DNA of 64,000 nucleotides from Candidatus Riflebacteria bacterium HGW-Riflebacteria-1 (GTDB lineage Bacteria; Muiribacteriota; Ozemobacteria; Ozemobacterales; Ozemobacteraceae): NCBI GenBank assembly GCA_002839445.1, contig PGYB01000001.1, positions 282,735 to 346,734 of the forward strand, read 5' to 3'. Shown piece by piece: positions 55,453 to 64,000 of this stretch (position 1 is its first letter; each line of letters starts with the position of its first letter). The notes under the pieces were generated by a model. It saw only the letters and a program-made list of their open reading frames with translations, ran no database searches and was not told where the DNA came from. The position numbers and the translations under genes were made by a program.

Positions 55453-58199
55453 GCACGAATAATCCGGCGAGACTTCTTCTTTGCCTTGTAATCATTTGTC
55501 ATGGCCTGCTCAGCGGGATGCAACGACCTCTTCATGCCGAGATGCCATCGCCGCCGGATATTCCCTTTTCCTTTCAGGTGCTTCCCAACGGGCTGCAACT
55601 CGTAGTGTTGCCCGAACCGAATGCTCCACTCGGAGTTGTCACCAGTCTGTTCCGAGCGGGTAGAAGGCACATTCCCCTTGCTAACAGTAATATTCCCCAC
55701 CTGCTGGAGCATCTTTTCTTCTCAACACCGGACTCCGCATCCAATACCTTCGCCGATCACATGCATCGAGCAGTGGGAACTGGTTGCCAATTTCAGGGAC
55801 TGACGACATGGACCTACACCTGCTATTCCAGTATCGTTCCTCCCGATGTTCTACCGTGGCTGATCTCCCTTGAAGGCTGGCGGTTCGCCAGGCTTCATGA
55901 GCGATTTCCCGTGCGTTGGGCTGCAGAACGAGAGGTTCTGGCCGCCGAAAACTGGGAACGAGAGAACGATCTCCCTGACCTGGTCGGGTTGGGAATGCAA
56001 GTCGGCTCCGGCCTACCCGACCTCTCGTGCGTTGATTCTTTAGTGGACCCGCGAACCATCGCCCTGCCAAACCTAGATCCAGCACGGAGAAGCCTCTATA
56101 CATCACAACGACTGACCGTTGTAGTGGCCGGCCCCGTTTCTCCTGCTGCGGTCGCTACCTGGGTCGCCGAAGCCTTCGTCGGCCTGGCTTCCTCTCCGCT
56201 CTCTCCCTCCCCCCCTATTCGGCCATCCGGTTTGGGTCTGACACCAATACGTGTACCGAGCTCTCGTTTCAACGGCCAGTTCACCATCACCTGGCCCACA
56301 CCCGAACGTTTCTCCCCTGAGCATCCAGCGTATCTGGTAAGCAGCTATCTGCTCAGGATGGCACCTGAACTTGTCGCGCGCCTTGGAACATCCCCGTGCT
56401 ATCAGGAGTTCCTTTCTGAGCATTGCTTCCTCGATCTGCAGGAAGATTCCGGGTTGCACTTACTCTGGGGGCGACTGGCATCTGGAACCTCTGCCGAAAG
56501 GGTTGCTGAACAGTATGCGAAGCTTCTCACGGCTCTCGCGTCTGAAGGCCCAACCCTCCCCGAGCTCACCGCGGCCAAGACCCAATGGCAACAGGATGCT
56601 TGGCTGGAATTACAGACCTCTGAGGGGCGGACCAAACTTCTAGGGCTCGGAGCTGCTCTCGCCGGTGATCCGGCAGCGTGGCAACGTGAGTGGGCCGCCG
56701 TTGCAAAAGTCTCCGCATCGGACGTGCAGGCCTTCGTGCGGAATTGGCTGACTCCGGCGCAAGCTACCTTTCTGGTCTTTGTCGCTTCGGAAACCGAGCC
56801 CAGGCCAATCCTTCCCGATTCGTTCCCAGAAACAAGTTTCCCCTCGAAAAACCTCACCTTCACTCTGCCGCCACCGAATCCGGGAACTGCATCCATCCAT
56901 ATCACGAAGCACGAGCGCTTTGTTGCCGACAACGGCTTGGAAATCTGGGTTCTGGAGGATCCGTATGCGTTCGCTGGCCAGGCAGAATTGATCTTTCCGA
57001 GCGGAGTGGGGGCAGATCCTTCGGGGCATGCCGGCCTGGCAAATCTTACCGCTGCTTGCTTGTCGAGAAGCCTGGGAATGGGACAGCCGAGCGGAGAGAC
57101 GGGGCCAATCTGCCAGGCCAGTGACGATGGGATCTCCTTTCAATGGGAAGGCTCTCCCGCCTCGCTAGCTCTGGGGTTGCAACGGATACGGTCCCTGATC
57201 TCGGATTGGCCATTCTCAGACACCGAGGTAGAAGCGGCCCGCAACGGACTGGGAATCAAGACCGATCTGCGGGTGATTTCCCTGGCCCGTCTCGCTCTTT
57301 TCGGTCCCAATCACCCATACAGCAGGCTTCCGGCTCAAGTGGCCTCCGAGGTGAAGACGATCACTCCGTTCGCACTGGCATCCTACTCTCTCCGGCTGCA
57401 GCCTCGCGGAGCCGCACTTTTCCTGTCGATTCGGCCTGACTGGAAGAACGAGATCAAGCCGTTGCTGTCCGTCGCCGGGGCTTGGCCTGAAACCGCTTCG
57501 GCAGCGATTCCGCGCATTCCGGCTCCAAGCCCGGTCGTTCCCGGAACCGTTGTCTGTTTCGAAAAGCCTCAGGCGTCGAAGCTCACAATAAATCATATCT
57601 GGCCTGGCTTTCCGGGTGGATCGGTGGAATATCTAGCTCTGGACGCCATCCACGAGGATATGGGCGAGTATATCTTGTCGAGCATGCGGCAATCTTTCCC
57701 GATTTACTCCTGCACTCAGACCCACTCCCTCTGGGCCGGCAAGGGTGTCGGCCTGATAAGTCTGGATTTCCCACTCGACCGTGGCGGAGCGGGTGTAGAT
57801 GCTCTTCTGCAGGTTTTCCACAAGTATTTTCGCGACCTCGACCGAAGACGGAACCTGGTTCGCACGCTAACCTTCCGCAACCGCTTTTTCTTAGGAAAGC
57901 TGACCAGCCATCCACAGGGAAAAGGATTAAAAATGGCCATCCGAGCCTGGAGATTGGGAGTTTCGCTGGAAGAGTTGCTCGCACATGGCGAATATCCTGC
58001 AGACGAGGCGATAAAGCGTGTGTTTCCCGTCGATCCGGATCGCCTTCCTGGCTTTTTCCTTCTGGCCGGCCCCAAGGACGCCATGCAACAGGCCGTAGAA
58101 GCGTTTAAAAGAGCTGGAACACAATACATCCCCATGGGTGTCTCCAAACTGGACGCTGCGTTGAATCCTGCCGAAAATACTATCGAATCGATCCGCTGA
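55449..58199 (+). CDS. tandem M16-family (pitrilysin/insulinase-like) zinc peptidase, secreted
   Basis: HLLEHLFF inverted zinc motif (HxxEH). About 916 aa from GTG 55449 with an AGGAGG RBS. Signal peptide. Visibly higher GC and a Pro/Ala-rich composition compared with neighbouring genes. Confidence 0.7.
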   Translation: MSTNNPARLLLCLVIICHGLLSGMQRPLHAEMPSPPDIPFSFQVLPNGLQLVVLPEPNAPLGVVTSLFRAGRRHIPLANSNIPHLLEHLFFSTPDSASNTFADHMHRAVGTGCQFQGLTTWTYTCYSSIVPPDVLPWLISLEGWRFARLHERFPVRWAAEREVLAAENWERENDLPDLVGLGMQVGSGLPDLSCVDSLVDPRTIALPNLDPARRSLYTSQRLTVVVAGPVSPAAVATWVAEAFVGLASSPLSPSPPIRPSGLGLTPIRVPSSRFNGQFTITWPTPERFSPEHPAYLVSSYLLRMAPELVARLGTSPCYQEFLSEHCFLDLQEDSGLHLLWGRLASGTSAERVAEQYAKLLTALASEGPTLPELTAAKTQWQQDAWLELQTSEGRTKLLGLGAALAGDPAAWQREWAAVAKVSASDVQAFVRNWLTPAQATFLVFVASETEPRPILPDSFPETSFPSKNLTFTLPPPNPGTASIHITKHERFVADNGLEIWVLEDPYAFAGQAELIFPSGVGADPSGHAGLANLTAACLSRSLGMGQPSGETGPICQASDDGISFQWEGSPASLALGLQRIRSLISDWPFSDTEVEAARNGLGIKTDLRVISLARLALFGPNHPYSRLPAQVASEVKTITPFALASYSLRLQPRGAALFLSIRPDWKNEIKPLLSVAGAWPETASAAIPRIPAPSPVVPGTVVCFEKPQASKLTINHIWPGFPGGSVEYLALDAIHEDMGEYILSSMRQSFPIYSCTQTHSLWAGKGVGLISLDFPLDRGGAGVDALLQVFHKYFRDLDRRRNLVRTLTFRNRFFLGKLTSHPQGKGLKMAIRAWRLGVSLEELLAHGEYPADEAIKRVFPVDPDRLPGFFLLAGPKDAMQQAVEAFKRAGTQYIPMGVSKLDAALNPAENTIESIR

Positions 58200-58278
58200 T
58201 TCTTGCCTGATTGAACACTACGTCCTGCCGCGTTATTGAGAAAGCCGGCTTTTCAGAAGTTTGCCGAAAGGACGCCAA

Positions 58279-58292
58279 CGATTACGATTACG
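58279..58292. repeat. CGATTACGATTACG motif (copy 3)
   Basis: Direct reading in the convergent intergenic region 58200-58357. Confidence 0.6.
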
Positions 58293-58315
58293 AAAAAGCG
58301 GAAAGCAGGGCAGTC

Positions 58316-58342
58316 CCGAATCAAAAATATTGATTCGGGTAG
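58316..58342. terminator. hairpin terminator between convergent M16 and LuxC-fusion genes
   Basis: CCCGAATCA-aaaatat-TGATTCGGG 9-bp stem. T-rich run on the plus side. Confidence 0.45.
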
Positions 58343-58357
58343 TTTTATAAATAAAAA

Positions 58358-60952
58358 TCAGTGACGTTCGTCGACGATAGGTTTGAGTTTGCCGGTGCGT
58401 TCGTTGCGCGGAAGACCACCGGGGCGGAACCACTCGATGCTGATGGTCATCCAGTTATCTTTGAGTGATTCAGCGATTTTGTAGCTGCCCTTTTTGAGCG
58501 CGGTGATAATCTTGTCGTCAGGCAAAGGCTTTTCGGCTTCGAGGCGGAGCAGAAGGTGGTCTTTACCGGCAACATGGCGCGCAACGACTTGAAAAGACTG
58601 GCTTACCGGCAAACTGTTGAGTCCGGCGGCGACATCGACGGGCATCAGGTTGATACCACCGATGACAAGCAAGTCATCGCAGCGGCCGAGAAGTTCGAAC
58701 GAGCGGCCGGAGAAGCCGCAACGACAGGTCGTTGCGGCCTGCCACCGGCCGAGATCACCGGTGCGATAGCGCACAACCGGCATCAGGATGCGCGTGAGGT
58801 TGGTGACCACCAGCTCGCCGGCGGCAGTCGGGTCGGCCGGCGGCCGCCCCGTCTCCGGCTCCAGAATCTCAACAAAGCTGTGGTCATCACAAACATGATG
58901 CACCGACCCGTCGAGATACTGACACTGCCAGCCCACCGGGCCTGTGTCGACACAGGCATACCCTGCCGACCTGATCAGGGTGGCTCCCACCGCCCTCTGC
59001 AGATACTCGCGCGTCTGCGGCCTTAAATGCTCGCCAGCATATAAAATCTTCTCTATTTTAATCGGCAATTTGCGCTTCTCGATCTCTTCGGCGAGATTGA
59101 TGATTATCGAAGGCAGCCCGACCACCGCATTTACTGCAAACAATCTGAGATACTTCAAGATGTTCTCAATATCAGAACCACCACCAACAGGCAACTGCAA
59201 GCAACCGATATTCTCAAGCGCTCGACCCGAAACGTTGAAACTCGTCCAGAGATTACCGGCAATAAAAAGGTTGGCTACCCGGTCTTCACGACAAATCCCG
59301 GCATTCTTGAATATTTCAGCCAGCAGATCGGTTGATAACCGGTATTCATCATTCGAATAAAGCGTGAACTTTGGTTCGCCGGTTGTGCCACCCGACGCGT
59401 AAACATAGGCGTCGGTCATCGGCCCGGTCAGAATGTCTTCTGATGCCGGCGGCGAGTTACGGTAAAAAGTCGCGCGGTCAAGCAGAGGCAGGCGCATGAA
59501 ATGCTCAAACCCGCAACCACCAGCCTTATCAAGCAAACCACGATAATAGGGTGACGGGTAAATTCTCGATAAAAAGTTCTCCACACGGCTTTCAGGTGTG
59601 CCGCGATACTCGACCCCTACCCACTCGACCAGCTGCCTGAGCATGAACACGCCATCGTGCGGCGCACCATCATGCCCTTCGCTCATGCCGCCGATCTCGG
59701 TAATTCTCTTCGCGCCAAGCTCCAGAAAGCTGTCGGCAAGCTGTTGCCTGGTTTCAGGAGTGCAGCACAACCCGACCGTCTGCAGATACGCCGCGAGAGG
59801 CCTTACTTGCTCAATCAGCTGCTCGCAGCTCTTGACCGTCTTGAAAAACAGGGTCCGGTTCAGGCACGAGACCTTGAAAACCGGGTCTTCTTCGAGAATC
59901 AGCGAAAAACTGAACGCTTCAGGGCACATCAGTCTGCCTTCGCCACGCGCCTGCATCATGCGCGCAATGTCTCTGACCTTGCGGATTTCGACCTTCTCGT
60001 CAAACCCGAGATTGCCAACCGGCAGTTCTTCTGACAGAGATACCATCTCGTCATAAAGCGCTTCCATCAGCAGATGCGTCTGTGCGGAAGAACCAAGAAC
60101 ATAAACCACATGCGGCGAAGAACACGCCTGCTGATCCCATAGCGAGAGATCCTGGGCCAGACCCTTGACCAGGTATTCAGGAACCTCTTTTTTCAGTCTC
60201 TGACCTTCTACAACAGCGAGAGAATAGCGCGGCCCGTTTTCGATAAGCTTTGTCGAAGCGCCAATACGCGCCTTAACTGAAAGCAGCGCATCATGTCCGC
60301 CCCAGAAAATCACTGTCAACTGGGCGTTCAACAGCGGCGTTTCGATCGACTCATCGCCGCCTTTCCAGAGAACAGCCGCCTGATTGGGCCAGATTATGCC
60401 TGCCGGATCATGCTCTTTTATACTCTCAATAAATAACACCGGAAACACCGGGTCTACGCGACTCATCTTCAGAATATTCGCGTTCTTGGTGATTATGCCG
60501 CTGACCAGACTGTCAACCGCACCAACAAAGACGTTGCCGGCAGTCAGATGCAACAGCACGCCACGCGGCAGCGCACGCAGTTGATAATCAAGATGTGGCC
60601 GTTCAAAACCAGCGTCAAGAACCGCCAGATTGCCAAGTTCGCCCTTGAGTCTCTTTTCAAGGCTTTCACGACGACAGATCGCACTTATCGCCTTAAAACC
60701 CTGCTCTATCATCTGTTCGCTGAAATCAGTCAACTTCGGCAAAATCTCCGCGGCCTTGCGGCGCAGGTGATAATCAGGGTCTGCCCATGCCTGCGCAACC
60801 TGGTCGAGAATTTCCAGAATGCAGGTCAGGTCTGGTCTGGCCGCCACGGCGGCCTTTTCAAAGGCTTCATCGAGAAGCTCGCTGGCGGTATCGGCGTTTA
60901 GCCAGTTCTGGTCCTGCTGTTGTCCAAATACGTATATTTTCTGCTTTTTCAT
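58358..60952 (-). CDS. fusion of LuxC-like acyl-CoA reductase (N-terminal) and PaaK/F390-synthetase-like adenylate-forming domain (C-terminal)
   Basis: N-terminal half has LuxC-like aldehyde-dehydrogenase-fold features. C-terminal half has SGGTTGEPKF (ANL AMP-binding P-loop) and YRTGD. Confidence 0.65.
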   Translation of the reverse strand: MKKQKIYVFGQQQDQNWLNADTASELLDEAFEKAAVAARPDLTCILEILDQVAQAWADPDYHLRRKAAEILPKLTDFSEQMIEQGFKAISAICRRESLEKRLKGELGNLAVLDAGFERPHLDYQLRALPRGVLLHLTAGNVFVGAVDSLVSGIITKNANILKMSRVDPVFPVLFIESIKEHDPAGIIWPNQAAVLWKGGDESIETPLLNAQLTVIFWGGHDALLSVKARIGASTKLIENGPRYSLAVVEGQRLKKEVPEYLVKGLAQDLSLWDQQACSSPHVVYVLGSSAQTHLLMEALYDEMVSLSEELPVGNLGFDEKVEIRKVRDIARMMQARGEGRLMCPEAFSFSLILEEDPVFKVSCLNRTLFFKTVKSCEQLIEQVRPLAAYLQTVGLCCTPETRQQLADSFLELGAKRITEIGGMSEGHDGAPHDGVFMLRQLVEWVGVEYRGTPESRVENFLSRIYPSPYYRGLLDKAGGCGFEHFMRLPLLDRATFYRNSPPASEDILTGPMTDAYVYASGGTTGEPKFTLYSNDEYRLSTDLLAEIFKNAGICREDRVANLFIAGNLWTSFNVSGRALENIGCLQLPVGGGSDIENILKYLRLFAVNAVVGLPSIIINLAEEIEKRKLPIKIEKILYAGEHLRPQTREYLQRAVGATLIRSAGYACVDTGPVGWQCQYLDGSVHHVCDDHSFVEILEPETGRPPADPTAAGELVVTNLTRILMPVVRYRTGDLGRWQAATTCRCGFSGRSFELLGRCDDLLVIGGINLMPVDVAAGLNSLPVSQSFQVVARHVAGKDHLLLRLEAEKPLPDDKIITALKKGSYKIAESLKDNWMTISIEWFRPGGLPRNERTGKLKPIVDERH

Positions 60953-60962
60953 GCCTGTTCCA

Positions 60963-62090
60963 TTACTTGAGTAGATCGAGCGCAGTCATGGCGCAGCCTT
61001 TGTGCTTGTTAAGACCGGCTCGGCCAACAATTCTGAACGTCTTGCCCGGCCGGCCGCACGGGCAGTTACCCTCGATTATCGCCTTGTCAGTCGTCAGCAG
61101 CGCAATCGACGGATAACTCGAAAGATAAGGCGTCATAAGGTATAACAACCCCTCTTTGCCGTCGCCAACCGGCTTCAGCGTTTCGGGTTCGACAGTCAGC
61201 GCGCGCGCGTATATCGGCACGTGCAGACGCCCGGCTTCACAGTCAACATAAGGAATGCCATGCTCGACCATGCCGAAAAGATCGCGCAAATTATGGCGCG
61301 GTATGCCAAGCACCCGCTCGACGCGGTCTTTAAAGAAATCTTTGCTGACTTCCTGATCTTTGTGCATCTTCCAGCCGCCGCCGGTAATAATATACGAGTC
61401 CTTGCCAAGATTCAGCGTTATGCCGGCTTCTTCGAGCCGATTGCACACCTGCCAGAGATAAGCAGGAAACCCGAGAATCCGCACCGGTTCTGGCCGTTTG
61501 CCAAAGGCGATCAGCTTCTTAACCGTAGCATCAAGGTCGAATTCAAAATCGTTGATCGCTTCTTTCCAGCGAATCGCGTAATAAACCGAACGCCGGCCGG
61601 TCAGACCAGTCAGGCCCTTATCGGAAAACGCAGTACCAACGTTGCCGGCCACCTTGGGATCATAGGTGAAACACAGGTAATTCACCTTCTGCTGATGATT
61701 TACCATGCCCAGCGAGTCAAAAATATTGTTGAGAATCGTCATAATGCGCCGATATGAGCGGTTATCGAGAATAATCGCGCTCTTGCGACCGCCAGTTCCC
61801 GAAGATGTCAGCTCGATCTTGACCTGCCGTTCAGGCACCGAAGCCAGCCGAAACTCTTTAAAAATCGTCACCAGCAGCGGTGGAATCTCCTCAGGCGCAT
61901 ATTCCTGCGCAAAATCAGTCAGTCCGCTTTCGCGCAGAAAAGCCCGATAATCCGGGCATTTCGCAGCATGCCAGCGCAGCGCTTCGTTCATCGCCTGGTC
62001 GAACAGCTTGTCGGTCGTTTTGCTGTGCGCAAAGGCGCGGTTAATATCAAACAACTGGCCACAACGTTCAAAAGGTTTTGCTTCAGCCAA
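60963..62090 (-). CDS. LuxE-like acyl-protein synthetase
   Basis: ELTSSGTGGRKSAIILDNRSYRR and full-length LuxE-like pattern. TTG start with a GAGGAG RBS overlapping the upstream stop (TTGGCTGA). The track extension to 62138 was rejected. Confidence 0.7.
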   Translation of the reverse strand: MAEAKPFERCGQLFDINRAFAHSKTTDKLFDQAMNEALRWHAAKCPDYRAFLRESGLTDFAQEYAPEEIPPLLVTIFKEFRLASVPERQVKIELTSSGTGGRKSAIILDNRSYRRIMTILNNIFDSLGMVNHQQKVNYLCFTYDPKVAGNVGTAFSDKGLTGLTGRRSVYYAIRWKEAINDFEFDLDATVKKLIAFGKRPEPVRILGFPAYLWQVCNRLEEAGITLNLGKDSYIITGGGWKMHKDQEVSKDFFKDRVERVLGIPRHNLRDLFGMVEHGIPYVDCEAGRLHVPIYARALTVEPETLKPVGDGKEGLLYLMTPYLSSYPSIALLTTDKAIIEGNCPCGRPGKTFRIVGRAGLNKHKGCAMTALDLLK

Positions 62091-63267
62091 TTCTCCACTC
62101 CTCGTCAAAGTCAGGCTGGCAACGCACCAGCAGCTCATACCAGCACTTCATGAACGCATCAAGAAAGCGCCGGTTATTATCGACCAGATTCAGATCCATA
62201 AAATCCAGATTCTCAAATGATCGCGAAAACACCAGAAAATCTTCGCGCAAACCCTGGTCATTGATGCGCATGGCCGGGAAATAAGCGCACGGCAGAAACT
62301 TTGTGTCAAGTGCCAGGCGCTGCATCTCAGGCTTGAACGCGTTAACCAGTAATTCGATGTAGCGCATGCCCGATTTTGAAGCCGCCTCACAAAACCACAT
62401 CATCGCATTGTGAATATCGCCGCCATTATAGCGGTAACCGACCATGACACCGTTGCCATCGATACGATTGAAGTTAACAAAAAAATCGGCGCTGCCATCG
62501 CGGGCCGAAAACAGCATGTTCGGGTCAGTAAACGGAAAAAAAACCTTCTGCATCAGGTCTTTATCCTGATATTGGTAGAACTTCCGACTCACCTCAGCGA
62601 GATCCTCGAGCAGGTCAAACTCAACCATCGCGCCCATTTTGCGCGGATCACGTTCGTCAAGAATCACTGTATGTGGCTCTTCAAGGTTCAATTCTTCGCG
62701 CGCGATCTTGTAAAAATCATGCAGTTCCGGAATAAGCATCGGTGACTGCCGACGATATTTCATTGAGTTGGGGCTCAGATACACTTCGAGTCCGTGCGTC
62801 TCAAAAGATTCGATTTTGCGCACATTAGGGAAAATGCCCAGCGATATAAAGCCAAGATGTTCGAGCAATACCTGCGGCGCAAAGCTTACTGTGCGTGTCG
62901 TCGCGTAAACCACATCGCAGACACGGGTTTTCTCGGTCAAAAGTTTAAGACCATGCCGGGTCATGGTGCGCATCAGATCCTGGCCGCGAAACTCATTTAA
63001 AATAGCAGCGGCGTAGGTTTTTCCGATCTTGTTCACCGGGTCGACAGCAAAGATTACCGAACCGATGAGGCGCCCATCCACCTTTGCCAGAAGCCATAAA
63101 TAACCGGGGTCTTCTACCTTGCGCGCGATTATCGTCGGGTCAGAAACTTCAGGCAAAGGATATTTGCCTTTATAAACTGCAATGTAATGATCTATGATCG
63201 CCTGAATGTCATCTTTCGAGGCACTGACCATGTCTACGACTCTACGATCCTGCAGTTTAAGCTGCAT
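62083..63267 (-). CDS. tandem GNAT-like acyltransferase
   Basis: N-terminal half has a GNAT-like core (LWLLAKVDGRLIGSVIFAVDP...). The C-terminal half looks like a second, degenerate GNAT fold. First gene of the operon. Confidence 0.4.
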   Translation of the reverse strand: MQLKLQDRRVVDMVSASKDDIQAIIDHYIAVYKGKYPLPEVSDPTIIARKVEDPGYLWLLAKVDGRLIGSVIFAVDPVNKIGKTYAAAILNEFRGQDLMRTMTRHGLKLLTEKTRVCDVVYATTRTVSFAPQVLLEHLGFISLGIFPNVRKIESFETHGLEVYLSPNSMKYRRQSPMLIPELHDFYKIAREELNLEEPHTVILDERDPRKMGAMVEFDLLEDLAEVSRKFYQYQDKDLMQKVFFPFTDPNMLFSARDGSADFFVNFNRIDGNGVMVGYRYNGGDIHNAMMWFCEAASKSGMRYIELLVNAFKPEMQRLALDTKFLPCAYFPAMRINDQGLREDFLVFSRSFENLDFMDLNLVDNNRRFLDAFMKCWYELLVRCQPDFDEEWRIG

Positions 63268-63760
63268 CAGCAGTCCTTTCACGCCACAAATACTATGTTT
63301 ATAAGACACCGCAAGTATAACTGCAGACACTGTTTAAGTCAATAGTCGAAGCCGTCATCGCACGCTCCCGGAGACGCGTATGCTGATATACCAGATTGCT
63401 TCCCGACGAAACCCAGCCAGAATGATCTACAAATACTGCACCCCGATCGCACAGTATCCCCGGAACAAGCCACCCACAATGCTTGACGCGACATTTTCTC
63501 CTGTCATTTCCTTGCCGTCTGAGAAAATCCATGACTGAATGCGAAAAAATCGCTCAGAATACTTTCGCAGACAGGCAAAACACTCTGACATTCCCGCTAC
63601 CAGAACAGGTGACTGCAGTGAATGGCACTAAGCTAACGAAAGGTCTAAACGCAGATGTTTTACTCGTGCTCAGCGAAGCGGTGCTCGTGAGTCGATGCTC
63701 GCTGTATCCACAGGCGCCTCGACACTTGGCCATCCATGGCCTGCGTCGAACGAAGTGGTA

Positions 63761-63811
63761 TCGTAATCGAAAAATCAACAGCGCAAATCGATTACGATTA
63801 GGATTACGATC
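63761..63811. repeat. TCGTAATCGA ... CGATTACGATTAGGATTACGATC motif cluster (copy 4)
   Basis: Direct reading in the 480-bp region upstream of the lux-like operon. Confidence 0.6.
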
Positions 63812-64000
63812 ATGAGCACGATTCACAAAATTTTGCTTCTTATCTTAGTGCCATTCGTGACTGCAGTCGAAAATAGTTTGCGGCTGTACATGGCTGAATG
63901 ATTTTCGCCAGACGGCAGCTTGCTGATCGGTGCAATGCTTGTGAATCCGTTGACTCAAAATGCCGGTAGTGCTAGCTTCAAGGCAGATAAAATTAATTCA

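Noticed and set aside
55443-58147. Many alternative-frame and antisense ORFs (60-176 aa) inside the M16 peptidase gene
   Set aside because: This GC-rich segment is depleted of stop codons in all frames. The long sense frame has a clear M16 signature and RBS, so the others are artefacts.
63483-63815. 110-aa ORF in the 480-bp region upstream of the lux-like operon
   Set aside because: It has no RBS and no motif, and it runs through the CGATTACG repeat cluster. The region is more likely promoter, regulatory or small-RNA space. It was kept as non-coding.
1-64000. tRNA, rRNA, tmRNA, transposase, integrase and phage genes
   Set aside because: By-eye reading found no cloverleaf-like conserved tRNA features (GTTC...GAACC arms) in the few intergenic gaps, and no rRNA-like sequence. 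Despite the presence of smpB, no ssrA is in this window. No mobile-element protein signatures were seen.

Overview
This 64 kb window is chromosomal, about 50% GC and gene-dense on both strands, and it comes from a flagellated diderm bacterium. The abundance of TPR and NHL proteins, a multihaem cytochrome lipoprotein and a carbamoyltransferase/SxtJ/DUF5989 cassette is compatible with a Deltaproteobacteria/Desulfuromonadota-like organism, but that is inference only.

Recognisable housekeeping genes:
- aroC
- a flagellar rod/ring block: flgF, flgG, flgA, flgH, flgI and a FlgJ-type rod-binding protein
- rho, smpB, an AmiC-type amidase with a GerMN partner, and mltG
- a radical-SAM (TIGR03960) / DUF2344 / RNase G trio
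- a sigma-70 family factor, accA-accD, lspA with two tandem lgt genes, and rluD
- an RCK-gated K+ channel and a class III nucleotide cyclase

Accessory content:
1. About 10.6 kb of non-flagellar DNA lies between flgH and flgI. It holds a NodU/CmcH carbamoyltransferase-SxtJ-like-DUF5989-SGNH/TPR cassette, then a minus-strand operon of three prepilin-type proteins, a 724-aa GspK-like protein and a secreted coiled-coil protein with a Gly/Ala-rich hydrophobic hairpin.
2. An orphan GspG-like pilin gene has an apparently leaderless promoter.
3. A single 5.6 kb ORF (1878 aa) has a bona fide prepilin module in its middle, with its own cryptic leader MLFSGRG|FRLGE. It sits between two paralogous ~750-aa secreted/anchored modules. 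An M50B-like HExxH membrane peptidase and a nucleotide cyclase follow immediately. This is the most unusual feature in the window.
4. A compositionally distinct tandem-M16 peptidase segment lies with a GIY-YIG gene and an orphan ribbon-helix-helix ORF.
5. A LuxE / LuxC::PaaK-like fusion / tandem-GNAT operon.
6. A palindromic CGATTACG motif recurs in at least four intergenic loci.

No rRNA, tRNA, CRISPR, transposase or integrase was found. All calls rest on reading the translations and sequence by eye, with no database searches run.
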